Source: Puniceicoccaceae bacterium | Lineage (GTDB): Bacteria; Verrucomicrobiota; Verrucomicrobiia; Opitutales; Oceanipulchritudinaceae | Direction of reading: 5' to 3' | NCBI GenBank assembly: GCA_040830765.1 | Contig: JBFOMH010000005.1 | Location: 96,001 to 160,000 of the forward strand | Length of the DNA stretch: 64,000 nucleotides | Shown here: piece by piece, positions 10,365-19,199 of the stretch | Layout of the letters: the number at the start of each line of letters is the position of its first letter | How positions within the stretch are numbered: the first letter of the stretch is position 1 | The notes under the pieces: model-generated | What the model saw: the letters and a program-made list of their open reading frames with translations, nothing else | Database searches by the model: none | Told to the model about the DNA's origin: nothing | Program-made: the position numbers and the translations under genes

Positions 10365-11087
10365 TTACTTGCGGCGCCGGTAGGCGACGTAAGCCAGACC
10401 AATCAGGCCAAGGATGGCCGCATAGGTGGACGGCTCAGGGACAATCGGATTAACCGAACCAAAGGTACTGGGAGTTACGGTCGGATCGATGTCAAATACG
10501 CTCCCGGCAATTGGAGTTGCATCCAAAGCGAAAACATCTGTTCCAGCCGGATCATTTACCGCATACCATGCGTTAGTGACACCATCACGAAACACACTTT
10601 GCGGCTCGTCTCCAGTGTAACTGAAATCACTTCCACCCATGGCTACTCCATAAATGGTTGCTTCGTCCCCAACGTTATCTGGAACACCAAGGGCATCATA
10701 AATTGTCCCAAAAAAGGACAGATCGGGTGCTCCCCCAGTTTCTATAGTAGTAACACCGACTGTTCCTGTGAAAGTTTCGGTGATGGCAACTGTAAAGGAG
10801 GGATTCTCCAAGTCAGGCATTGAGAGCACTAGCAAACCGTTACCATCGAAGACAGTAGCGTTACTTGTGAAATCTGCTGCACGATCAACTGTGCCAAACG
10901 GGGATGTTGCATCCGATTCGATCGAAATGACCCAGCCCTGAAACAAAGCGCCAGGAGTTCCTTTAAGCTCGATATCAACATTAGCAGGATCGGTTCCAGT
11001 CGGATTTGGCTGGAATTCGTTAATTAAAATTTGCCCGTGTCCAATACTTGCGCCGAATAGGGCTAATAGTAGAAGTGCTTTTTTCAT
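10365..11087 (-). CDS. PEP-CTERM protein with lamin-tail-like (LTD) domain
   Basis: Signal peptide; ILINEFQPNPTGTD...IELKGTPG; C-terminal VPEPSTYAAILGLIGLAYVAYRRRK. Confidence 0.9.
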   Translation of the reverse strand: MKKALLLLALFGASIGHGQILINEFQPNPTGTDPANVDIELKGTPGALFQGWVISIESDATSPFGTVDRAADFTSNATVFDGNGLLVLSMPDLENPSFTVAITETFTGTVGVTTIETGGAPDLSFFGTIYDALGVPDNVGDEATIYGVAMGGSDFSYTGDEPQSVFRDGVTNAWYAVNDPAGTDVFALDATPIAGSVFDIDPTVTPSTFGSVNPIVPEPSTYAAILGLIGLAYVAYRRRK

Positions 11088-11170
11088 AGTAGATAGGTTC
11101 TAATTAGGAGTTTACCCTTAGTTGACACTTCGGATAATCTTCAACACTCCTTCCGAAAGCAACCCAATAA

Positions 11171-11198
11171 TGTCACAATTCAGTTAAATGGAGTTAGA
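11171..11198 (-). promoter_or_regulatory. Candidate Pho-box-like direct repeat upstream of the LTD PEP-CTERM gene
   Basis: Minus strand TCTAAC-N4-TTTAAC-N5-TGTGAC (10-11 bp period), just upstream of a TTGCTT candidate -35. Confidence 0.3.
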
Positions 11199-11202
11199 AA
11201 TC

Positions 11203-14200
11203 CTAAAACGAATACCGCATCCCGACCTGGATAGCCCAGCGGGAGGCCAAACCAGTGGGTAATTGGTAAAAAAGCGCCTCACTGGCCTGGACGGATTCCT
11301 GGTAGCGGTATTCATAGAAACCAAACTCGTTCCCCTTGTCGCCTCGTGGGATTGGCTTGTAGGAAGGGGCGACGATATTGACCGCCCGTCCGAAACTGCC
11401 CTTGGGCCGTTTCACGAGTCCCCACTCATCATTGATGAGGTTACCGACATTCTGGATATTGAGGATCAGTTCCACTTTATGCCCGCGCCAGATGGGAATT
11501 TCCTGGGTGATATTGATATCGAATTGGTGGATAAAGGGGGCGCGACCGGTATTCCGGGGAAGAATCTGGCCCTTGTACTCCCTGAGACCCGGGGTGGAGT
11601 CGACAAACTCCATGAACGCCACTCCTTCGGTATCGCGAACGCTGTCATTACGACCCCAGGCGACAAGCGGATCATCGAGTCCGGTCGGAATGTAGATAAG
11701 GTCGTTGCCAGTATTGCCGTCCTTGTTGATATCCACATTGAGGCCACCATAAAGGTAGGAAAAGGGCCGGCCGCTGCGGCCGTCATAGATCACGCTCATG
11801 CGGGTCTTCCACTTATTCCACCAGGGAATCTCAACCGTTACCGAACCGATGATGCGATGCCGGGTCTCAAATGAACTGGTACCCAGGATGGCATCATTGG
11901 GATTCGGGGCGACATTGGCGATCCAGTTGGTGTAGGCGGATGGGCTGGAAGCATCATTGACGGTCTTGTTGATAGTGTAGGTGTACCCGAGGCGGTAACC
12001 CCACCAGTCCTTGACCGGCCGTTGAAGTTCAATCGTATACTGGCTGCCGTGGCCCTTGGAAGTGTTCTTCAATTCAAGGACATCGCGGTATCCCGACTCG
12101 CGCCACCGGTCATCGCTGAGACCCGTGTTCGTGTAGACCTCACGCCCGTCCGGCAAATATCCCTTGAAGAAACCGCTTTCATTCAGCTGCAAGTTGTTAT
12201 TCACGTAATGAATATCCTGCTGGGTCTTGGACCACTGCAGTTCCAGCGTAAGGATGGAATCAAAGAGAAAGTCGAGCCGCTGGTCGACAGCGAGGTTGGC
12301 TTTCCAGTCGGTCGGCATCTTGAATCCATCCGTCAGGTAATTGACAACAACGGAACTGGCCTCGCTGCGGCCGTAGGCATCATCAATCCAGGCCACGGCC
12401 TCCATCGGATCAAGAGTGAACGGGGGGCTGACCTGGTTGGTATTGGAGGCGACAAAAACCTTGCTGACCCCGTTGTTGACATAGGCATTGGAAAGCCAGA
12501 CATGCGGTGCCGTACCAAAGAAGAGTCCGATCCCACCACGCAGCTGGGTATCACGGTCTTCGAACGGTTTGTAGTTAAACCCAATGCGCGGCTGGATGAC
12601 ATAATTCCCGTCGATTGTATTGGTGTTGGTCTGGCCGAACACTTCCTCGAAGCTACGCGGCGGATCGTCCGTGGAGGGACGTGCCTCCGACGGCTCGTCA
12701 TCCACCAACGGGTAATCAATCCGCAGGCCGGCGGTAATGTTCAGCCGGTCTGTGACAAACCAGTTGTCCTGGACGTAAGCGGCAGCGATGGCCATCGACC
12801 AGTCGGCGATACCGGTTTCCCCATCGCCAGGTATTTCAACGGAAAAGTTACTGGCCCGGCCCGGCGAGGTATTTCCCTGCTCGTCTGTTTCCAATGCCCC
12901 GACGTAACCGTCATTGTTCTCGGCCGAGCCGACGCCACGGAAGAACCAGCTGCCGATGGGATTGGAAAAGAACGACTGGGTATTGTCGTAATTTTCATAC
13001 TGCAGCCCAAAGGCCAGTTGGTGGTCGCCCAGCAACCAGGTTCCCTTGAATTGGGCAATCAGCGTGTTGACCTGCAGATCATTAAGGGTACCCCGTCCAA
13101 AGGTGACGGTCCGGGAACCACCAACCTCATCATCCGTGTCCTTGATTCCCTGGATACTGACCTCCGTCAGGTCCTCATCGTATTGCAGGTTTCTTGTCTG
13201 TTCCTTGTAGGAGACCCGCAATGAGGTTGTGAATTCCGGAGTCCAGTTGCTGAACAGTTCCACAACGTAGTCATCCAGTCCATACGCGGTCCGGTACCAG
13301 GCTGTATTGAAACTGGTGCCACGGGACCCGGGAAATTGGGGATCGCTGCCAGGGGTCGTGTTGTAGCGGAAAGTTGCCCGGTGCCGGTCGGTAATGTTCC
13401 AGTCCAGCTTGATGAGCAACTTCTCATCCTCGAGTGTGTAGGAATCCGGATCATCGAGGATTCCCGGATCAAATGGGGTGACGAAATTCTGGGAGGCGTT
13501 GACGATATCAGCAATCTGATTCGGATCGGCGAGGAATTCCGACTCCTCCCGCACCCGTGTCTCCTCGACCATCTCGTAAAGAATGAAAAAGAAGAGTTTG
13601 TCCTTGATGATGGGACCGCGCAGGGAAATCCCAATGGTGTACTCCTCAAAGTCATCAAAGGGAATCAAGTCCCCGGAACCAATTTCATACAAGTCACCCA
13701 CCATGCTGGCGTCCCGATAGTAGCCGAAGACGGAGCCGTGGAACTCATTGGAACCGCTCTTGGTGACAGCCGTGATGGCTGCGCCGGTAAAACCGGCATT
13801 CTCAACCGAATACGGGGAAAACTGGACGCTCACTTCGGCAATTGCCTCAAGGGAAAATGGCTGCTTGAGCGCTGGCAGGCCACTTTCACTCAGACCGAAG
13901 GAGTCATTGGTCGGAACACCATCAATCAGGAGTGAGTTGTAACGCGTATTTTTGCCGCCGGCCGACAACTGGCCCGAATCCCGGTCAAATACCGCAATCC
14001 GCGAGTCCAGCTTGGCGATATCACTCAAGGAGCGTGTCACTGAGGGAATATTGCGGATTTCCTCCTCGCTGACCCGGGAACCCGAACCTTGGTTGGAGCT
14101 GATGAAAATGAGGCTCTGGTCCTCGGCCATGACCTCAAACGCTTCCAGTTCAAACACTTCCTCACCCTCTGCCCGCAGGCGCATGTTGACATCCGTGGTC

Positions 14201-14508
14201 TGCTGCAAGCCGAGGGAAATACCGTCCCTTACTCCTGGATCAAATCCAATCGCCTCTACCTCTACCCGGTAGGGTCCCCCTACCCGCATCCCGCCCATGC
14301 GGAAGTGTCCTTTGTCGCTGGTACGGGCGCTGTAACTCGTCCCCGTTGGGACGTGAGTTGCCCGGACCTGTGCGTTGCTGACCGGAGCTCCTGTGGAGTC
14401 CATGATGGTGCCAGCCATGTTGGAGGTCGTGACATCCTGTCCTAAGGAAAGGACGGGAAAAAAGGCAAGGGAGAGAAGACAAGACAGGAAGAAGCGCACG
14501 GTCTTCAT
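11203..14508 (-). CDS. TonB-dependent receptor, Oar-like, with N-terminal carboxypeptidase-regulatory-like domain
   Basis: ATHVPTGTSY...GMRVGGPY; RYNSLLIDGVPTNDSFGL; GFTGAAITAVTKSGSNEFHGS; QPRIGFNY; C-terminal IQVGMRYSF. Confidence 0.93.
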   Translation of the reverse strand: MKTVRFFLSCLLSLAFFPVLSLGQDVTTSNMAGTIMDSTGAPVSNAQVRATHVPTGTSYSARTSDKGHFRMGGMRVGGPYRVEVEAIGFDPGVRDGISLGLQQTTDVNMRLRAEGEEVFELEAFEVMAEDQSLIFISSNQGSGSRVSEEEIRNIPSVTRSLSDIAKLDSRIAVFDRDSGQLSAGGKNTRYNSLLIDGVPTNDSFGLSESGLPALKQPFSLEAIAEVSVQFSPYSVENAGFTGAAITAVTKSGSNEFHGSVFGYYRDASMVGDLYEIGSGDLIPFDDFEEYTIGISLRGPIIKDKLFFFILYEMVEETRVREESEFLADPNQIADIVNASQNFVTPFDPGILDDPDSYTLEDEKLLIKLDWNITDRHRATFRYNTTPGSDPQFPGSRGTSFNTAWYRTAYGLDDYVVELFSNWTPEFTTSLRVSYKEQTRNLQYDEDLTEVSIQGIKDTDDEVGGSRTVTFGRGTLNDLQVNTLIAQFKGTWLLGDHQLAFGLQYENYDNTQSFFSNPIGSWFFRGVGSAENNDGYVGALETDEQGNTSPGRASNFSVEIPGDGETGIADWSMAIAAAYVQDNWFVTDRLNITAGLRIDYPLVDDEPSEARPSTDDPPRSFEEVFGQTNTNTIDGNYVIQPRIGFNYKPFEDRDTQLRGGIGLFFGTAPHVWLSNAYVNNGVSKVFVASNTNQVSPPFTLDPMEAVAWIDDAYGRSEASSVVVNYLTDGFKMPTDWKANLAVDQRLDFLFDSILTLELQWSKTQQDIHYVNNNLQLNESGFFKGYLPDGREVYTNTGLSDDRWRESGYRDVLELKNTSKGHGSQYTIELQRPVKDWWGYRLGYTYTINKTVNDASSPSAYTNWIANVAPNPNDAILGTSSFETRHRIIGSVTVEIPWWNKWKTRMSVIYDGRSGRPFSYLYGGLNVDINKDGNTGNDLIYIPTGLDDPLVAWGRNDSVRDTEGVAFMEFVDSTPGLREYKGQILPRNTGRAPFIHQFDINITQEIPIWRGHKVELILNIQNVGNLINDEWGLVKRPKGSFGRAVNIVAPSYKPIPRGDKGNEFGFYEYRYQESVQASEALFYQLPTGLASRWAIQVGMRYSF

Positions 14509-14557
14509 ATCGGTAGTTTGGACTGGGTTTGCTGGATTTGGTTAGGAAAAGGCAAGA

Positions 14558-14583
14558 ACGGCCCCGCAGTTACGCGGGGCCGT
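14558..14583 (-). terminator. Intra-operon GC-rich hairpin (weak terminator or mRNA stabiliser)
   Basis: Perfect 10-bp stem ACGGCCCCGC/GCGGGGCCGT, 6-nt loop; followed on the minus strand by the imperfect tract TCTTGCCTTTT. Confidence 0.65.
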
Positions 14584-14607
14584 CCAGCCTCAAAGAAGGA
14601 TCCGCTA

Positions 14608-17403
14608 TCAGGGTTGCGGATCGAGGAAGTTGTTAAAGGTCCCGTCGAAATAAATGAAGAAACCTCCATTCGACTCGACGAGCCAGGCCCACTTGCCGGC
14701 GCTGTAGTGGTAAATCCACGAACCGGCCCGGATATCATCTCCACTGAAGTAGAAATACCCGAAATTTGGACTGTAGATGTACGGATAGCCGGCAGTGTAG
14801 ACAAAGCCCATCGTGATGCTGTAGGACCAGCCCGGTGTGTACCGGTAGAGGAAGCTCAGGTTGACGTTGTCGACCCATCCGGAATCGAATTCCGAGATCA
14901 GCACCTCGTGAACCTGGTAAACAGCACCATCGCCGCCACCCGTTCCGGTGGAGACATAGTGGAAGGCAAGGTTGATCGTCTGGTCGACATAGGCCGAGAG
15001 ATCAATTTCACCGGAGTCCACCAGTTCGTAGTCGCCCTGCGACAGGGCTCCACCAACAGCATTCCATGTAGCTGTAGCCGGATTAAGGCCATCATAGTTC
15101 GTTGAAACAAGAACCTCCAGCGGAGGACCACCGAAGTTCCGCGCCGTCTGGTAGGTGAGTTCCGGGTTGGCGGTACCTGACAGGTCAATGTCCGGGGAAA
15201 TCAACCAGTCGTCACTGGCAGTGTCACCACCGAATCCATTGGCCGCGGCGTAGCCGTTGCCACTGAATTCGCCCCATGTCCAATCGCGGTTGCTGGCCAG
15301 GCTGACAGCGGAGAAATCACCAAGGTCTACCTCGAAGTCCTCAAAGAAGATGACGTCATCATAGATGGAAACTTCGTGTACCTGGTAAACGGCACCATCG
15401 CCCCCACCCGTCCCGGTGGAGATGTAGTGGAAGGCCACGTAGACAGCCTCTCCAATGTAAGCCGAGAGGTCGATGATACCGGAATCCACCAGTTCATAGT
15501 CGCCTTGTGACAAGGCCCCACCGAGGGCGGTCCATGTTGCCGTCGCCGGATTGAGCCCATCATAGTCCGTCGAAATCAGGACCTCCAGTTCCGGACCACC
15601 AAAGTTGCGGGCCGTCTGGTAAACCATTTTCGGATCAATCGCAGTGGCGAGACTGACCTGCGGGGAAATCAACCAGTCATCGCTGGCAGTGTCGCCACCG
15701 AAGCCATTGGCCGCAGCATAGCCGTTGCCACTGAATTCACCCCATTCCCAGTCACGGTTGCTGGCCAGGCTGACGGCAGTGAAGTCACCAAGGTCGACCT
15801 CGAAGTCTTCGAACAAGAAGACGCCGGTGGCCGGGGGTACATCGTAGACGAGGAAGTCATGGACTTGCCAGACGGGTGCTTCGCCAGGACCGGTACCTGC
15901 GGAAAGATAACGGAAGGCTACATGAACGGTCTGCCCAATGTAAGTGGACAAATCGATCATGCCCGACGGGATAATGTCGTAGTCGTCTGCCGAAAGCGTC
16001 GCCGCTAATGGAGTCCATTCAGCCAAGGCCGGATTGACCCCATCAAAGTTGGTGGAAATCCAGACATCAATGTCCGGGCCATCGAAGTTCTTGGCCGTAT
16101 TGAAGAGCAGTGTTGGCTCAGTTGTTCCGGCAAGGTCAATCGCCGGGGAAATCAGGTAGTCATCACTGGCCACGTCTGCACTGAAGCCGTTGATATCGGC
16201 AAAACCATTTCCACCAAAGGTATTGTGGTTCCAATCCCGATCACTGGCCAGGCTGACGGTTGTAAAGTCACCCAAGTCGACTTCAAAGTCTTCATAGTAG
16301 ACAGTTGCGAGATTCGGCGTAACGACGAACAGCGAGGAGACGGAGACGTCATTGCCGGACCCGGCTGATCCGATGTCAATGACCCCGTTGGAAGTCGTGG
16401 CATCGACGGTGAATGTAATGGAACTTGCGCTGACAATCGTGAAGTCAACATTCACGCCACCGACTTGTACGGAAGTGACGACGTCCAGGTCAGCACCGGA
16501 AATTCTTACAGTGTCACCGGGATAAGCAATGGTCGGACCGAAGCTGAAGAGGTCAACCGCAGCAGCGGGGCTGGCGGGATTGGCTGAGCCTGGTGTGTCA
16601 AGGGCCGGGCCATTGAAGTCATCCCCCATGAAGAGGCCTGTTCCCTCGTCGTTGAGAAGGTTGAATTCGCCAATGTTCCATTCATTGTCGTCACTACCCC
16701 GATAGATCATACCGGGAGTAAAGCTGCCATCCGGGCCGACATCCTCGAATCCGAGGGCAGCTCCATATACGAACTCCTCCGGATTGGAGTCATTCGGCAC
16801 CTCAACCAGACCAACGGCGTCAACTACCAATGTCCATGGCAGGGGCCGGGGTGTAACCGCCACCATGTTAATGTCATCAAAATCATCAACATGGTTCAGA
16901 ATGCCGTCGTTGTCGTCATCGATATCAACGGCGAGGTCATCATACTGGGAAGCAAGGTCCAGAACCTCGATCCCCGTGTAGCCAGTACAGAGGATGTGGG
17001 TGACATTGTCCGAATTCTCGAAATTGATATCAACTGTATCATCAATATCGAGTGCCGTAATACCCAGGGCTTCAAACTGGATATCAACGGTCGAAATCAG
17101 GAGATGGCCGTCATCGGGAATAACGTAACCAGTCAGGTCGAGAGCGAACTCAACCGTAGCCGCTCCCTTGTCGGGGACGTTGTCCCCGTTGGGATTCTGG
17201 AAGGAACTGTGGTCACCGATGACAAGGTACCAGTGGTTGTCGAGTGATTCACCGGGTGTACCCTTGATCTCAAAAAATTCATTACTGTCCGTTCCACCCG
17301 GCTCATCCTGCCGGATTTCATTGATCTGCAGACCGAAAACGGTCGAGGATGCCAGTGCGGTGAGGCAACCGATAAACGATAGGTATCGTGGGTTTATCTT
17401 CAT
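14608..17403 (-). CDS. Secreted surface protein: LTD + IPT/TIG-like + 3x choice-of-anchor J (cleaved-adhesin-like) + aromatic C-terminal domain
   Basis: Signal peptide; LQINEIRQDEPGGTDSNEFFEIKG; PGDTVRISGADL; 3x [FY]EDFEVDLGDF..VSLAS.RDW...DD[WY]LISP...DLS.Y.G..V..AF.Y. Confidence 0.85.
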   Translation of the reverse strand: MKINPRYLSFIGCLTALASSTVFGLQINEIRQDEPGGTDSNEFFEIKGTPGESLDNHWYLVIGDHSSFQNPNGDNVPDKGAATVEFALDLTGYVIPDDGHLLISTVDIQFEALGITALDIDDTVDINFENSDNVTHILCTGYTGIEVLDLASQYDDLAVDIDDDNDGILNHVDDFDDINMVAVTPRPLPWTLVVDAVGLVEVPNDSNPEEFVYGAALGFEDVGPDGSFTPGMIYRGSDDNEWNIGEFNLLNDEGTGLFMGDDFNGPALDTPGSANPASPAAAVDLFSFGPTIAYPGDTVRISGADLDVVTSVQVGGVNVDFTIVSASSITFTVDATTSNGVIDIGSAGSGNDVSVSSLFVVTPNLATVYYEDFEVDLGDFTTVSLASDRDWNHNTFGGNGFADINGFSADVASDDYLISPAIDLAGTTEPTLLFNTAKNFDGPDIDVWISTNFDGVNPALAEWTPLAATLSADDYDIIPSGMIDLSTYIGQTVHVAFRYLSAGTGPGEAPVWQVHDFLVYDVPPATGVFLFEDFEVDLGDFTAVSLASNRDWEWGEFSGNGYAAANGFGGDTASDDWLISPQVSLATAIDPKMVYQTARNFGGPELEVLISTDYDGLNPATATWTALGGALSQGDYELVDSGIIDLSAYIGEAVYVAFHYISTGTGGGDGAVYQVHEVSIYDDVIFFEDFEVDLGDFSAVSLASNRDWTWGEFSGNGYAAANGFGGDTASDDWLISPDIDLSGTANPELTYQTARNFGGPPLEVLVSTNYDGLNPATATWNAVGGALSQGDYELVDSGEIDLSAYVDQTINLAFHYVSTGTGGGDGAVYQVHEVLISEFDSGWVDNVNLSFLYRYTPGWSYSITMGFVYTAGYPYIYSPNFGYFYFSGDDIRAGSWIYHYSAGKWAWLVESNGGFFIYFDGTFNNFLDPQP
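14895..16300 (-). repeat. Three tandem ~156-161 aa coding repeats
   Basis: Anchor CTGGCCAGGCTGAC at 15293, 15761 and 16244 (periods 468 and 483 bp). Confidence 0.9.
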
Positions 17404-17426
17404 TTGTGCTTATTGTGTTATGGTTA

Positions 17427-19025
17427 CTAGATTAGGTTGGGCTCGAGAATATACTGCCCGGATGAGGGCGAATAAAACCATCTCTGGGGGCTTTGGCTAT
17501 CTTTAATGTAGTAAAGCCATCCATTTGTGCTGCTGAAGAGGTAGGGATAATAGGTAATTCCTGTAAAAAGCCAACCCAGGGAGGAATCGTAAAACCAGAA
17601 AGCCGCCTCCGAGAGGCTGTCGGCGTAAATCCATTTATGTTCAAGGTGGTAAAACCAAGGGGCATCGGCCGGCTTGAGAAAGCCAAACCAATCGGATAGG
17701 TGCCAGCCCTCGGGATATCCCTCAGAGTAGGTAAAGAGATGCAAACCTCCGGCATCATGAACAGCCGGATCAAACACAACCTCGACTGGTTCTGTTCCGG
17801 GGGCATCGCGGCTGACAACAATCCGGTAGTAGGCCGGACGGGATGTGTCGGCGGGAGCATGTTGGAGCCCGGCATAGTAGTAGACTCCCCGGTCTGCGAG
17901 CAGCAGGTCCCGCTCCGTATATGGAATCTCTGTCCAAGCATCCTCTGAGAGAGGATTGGTGGCGTATTCGACGCTGTAGCTCAGATGAGAGGCCTCCGGC
18001 TCCTTAATAAAGCTGAACTCGAGAAAATTGACGTCTCCGTTTCTATCAACCTTGGGCAGGTCCTCTGTCGTCACAACTTCCGGATCTGTTTGCAGGGCAA
18101 ATTCCATCAAGTTCAAAATCCGATCGAGGTCCGGGTCCACAAGCGGATCGACAATCGCCGGATCCTCAAGTTGGGCCAGGGAAAATTCCCGAACCCGCCA
18201 AGCGCCCCAAGTCAGGTAATCAGTTCCCGTGTAGACAGCATCAGCAAGGTCGGGGTAATCGACAAACGGATTCCGGTTAAGCTGGAAGATGACTGAATTC
18301 TCTACCCGGATCCCGGAATAAATGAGATGATTTTTCCTGCGCTCCCTCTCATCCGGCGGAAATTGGCGGTTCCATTCCAAAAGAGTCGTCAACTTCCCCA
18401 TCCGGTTGTCCCAACTGGCCGGGTCGTCGGAGAGCTTGAAGTCACCCGTGATGTTGGAGGCATCATAGCGGGTGTCCATATACAGAAGCGCCCGTGCGAT
18501 GCGTCCCTTGTCGGCGTCCCGTGGCTCGACCAGGCGGAGCCCGCTACTGCGAATGGAATCCGGGGCATTGCGTAGGGGTGTCCCGCTGGCCAGCTCATCG
18601 TAGGCGAAATTGGAGCGGTCCTCATTGGTCAGCGGATCGGCTGGAAAGAGGTGGTGGGCATCACTGTAGGCGGGTCCCGCATCAGCGCCATACGATTGTG
18701 GCCAGGTGTGCTCACGATTCCAGAAAGTGAATAATCCGTCGTTGGGGACCGAAGTACCCGAATAGAGCAGCAGGATATTATTCTCGTTCTCCGGGTCCTT
18801 GTCATATTCCTGGAAAGCGAGGGCGATGTTGTTGTAGCTCTGGACGATGTGCCCGTCGATGATCTCATGCAGGGCCGACTTCAGGGAGTCGCCAAGAAGG
18901 CCCTCGGCGGACGAATAATAATCCTCCGGCGGCCCATAATCCTGCCCGGACAGGCTGGAAACAAGGGCCAGAGCGGCCAGGGAAGAGAGACAAACTGTTG
19001 ATTGGAGCCGATGAGAAACTGGCAT
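17427..19025 (-). CDS. Second secreted endonuclease I family nuclease, with TSP3-like motif, FYR-type domain and aromatic C-terminal domain
   Basis: NREHTWPQS, SDAHHLFPA, NEDRSN, KGRIARALLYMDTRY, NRNPFVDYP; DPDLDRILNLMEF; SDWFG...WFYHLEHKW. ATG 19025 preferred over TTG 19049. Confidence 0.9.
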   Translation of the reverse strand: MPVSHRLQSTVCLSSLAALALVSSLSGQDYGPPEDYYSSAEGLLGDSLKSALHEIIDGHIVQSYNNIALAFQEYDKDPENENNILLLYSGTSVPNDGLFTFWNREHTWPQSYGADAGPAYSDAHHLFPADPLTNEDRSNFAYDELASGTPLRNAPDSIRSSGLRLVEPRDADKGRIARALLYMDTRYDASNITGDFKLSDDPASWDNRMGKLTTLLEWNRQFPPDERERRKNHLIYSGIRVENSVIFQLNRNPFVDYPDLADAVYTGTDYLTWGAWRVREFSLAQLEDPAIVDPLVDPDLDRILNLMEFALQTDPEVVTTEDLPKVDRNGDVNFLEFSFIKEPEASHLSYSVEYATNPLSEDAWTEIPYTERDLLLADRGVYYYAGLQHAPADTSRPAYYRIVVSRDAPGTEPVEVVFDPAVHDAGGLHLFTYSEGYPEGWHLSDWFGFLKPADAPWFYHLEHKWIYADSLSEAAFWFYDSSLGWLFTGITYYPYLFSSTNGWLYYIKDSQSPQRWFYSPSSGQYILEPNLI

Positions 19026-19066
19026 AAGGTATCCTGACAAGAAGGGCAAATAAGATGCAACCGGAG

Positions 19067-19081
19067 AGCTTTGTCAAAGCT
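19067..19081. promoter_or_regulatory. Palindromic operator candidate overlapping a minus-strand TTGACA
   Basis: AGCTTTG-T-CAAAGCT (7-1-7 perfect); TTGACA on the minus strand at 19077-19072; divergent intergenic region. Confidence 0.45.
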
Positions 19082-19199
19082 AGCTGATGATTGTTCGGTA
19101 AATTCTCAAGAAAATCCTACCAAAACGGAGCACTTATCCTCCGGACACAGGGGATCATTTTAATTATACTGAAAGCGACACGCAAACGGGGGATGTGAT

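Noticed and set aside
8474..19025. Nucleases as an anti-phage defence or toxin-immunity system
   Set aside because: Both have signal peptides and surface-type C-termini and lie with a TBDR; no immunity, methylase or ATPase partners are present.
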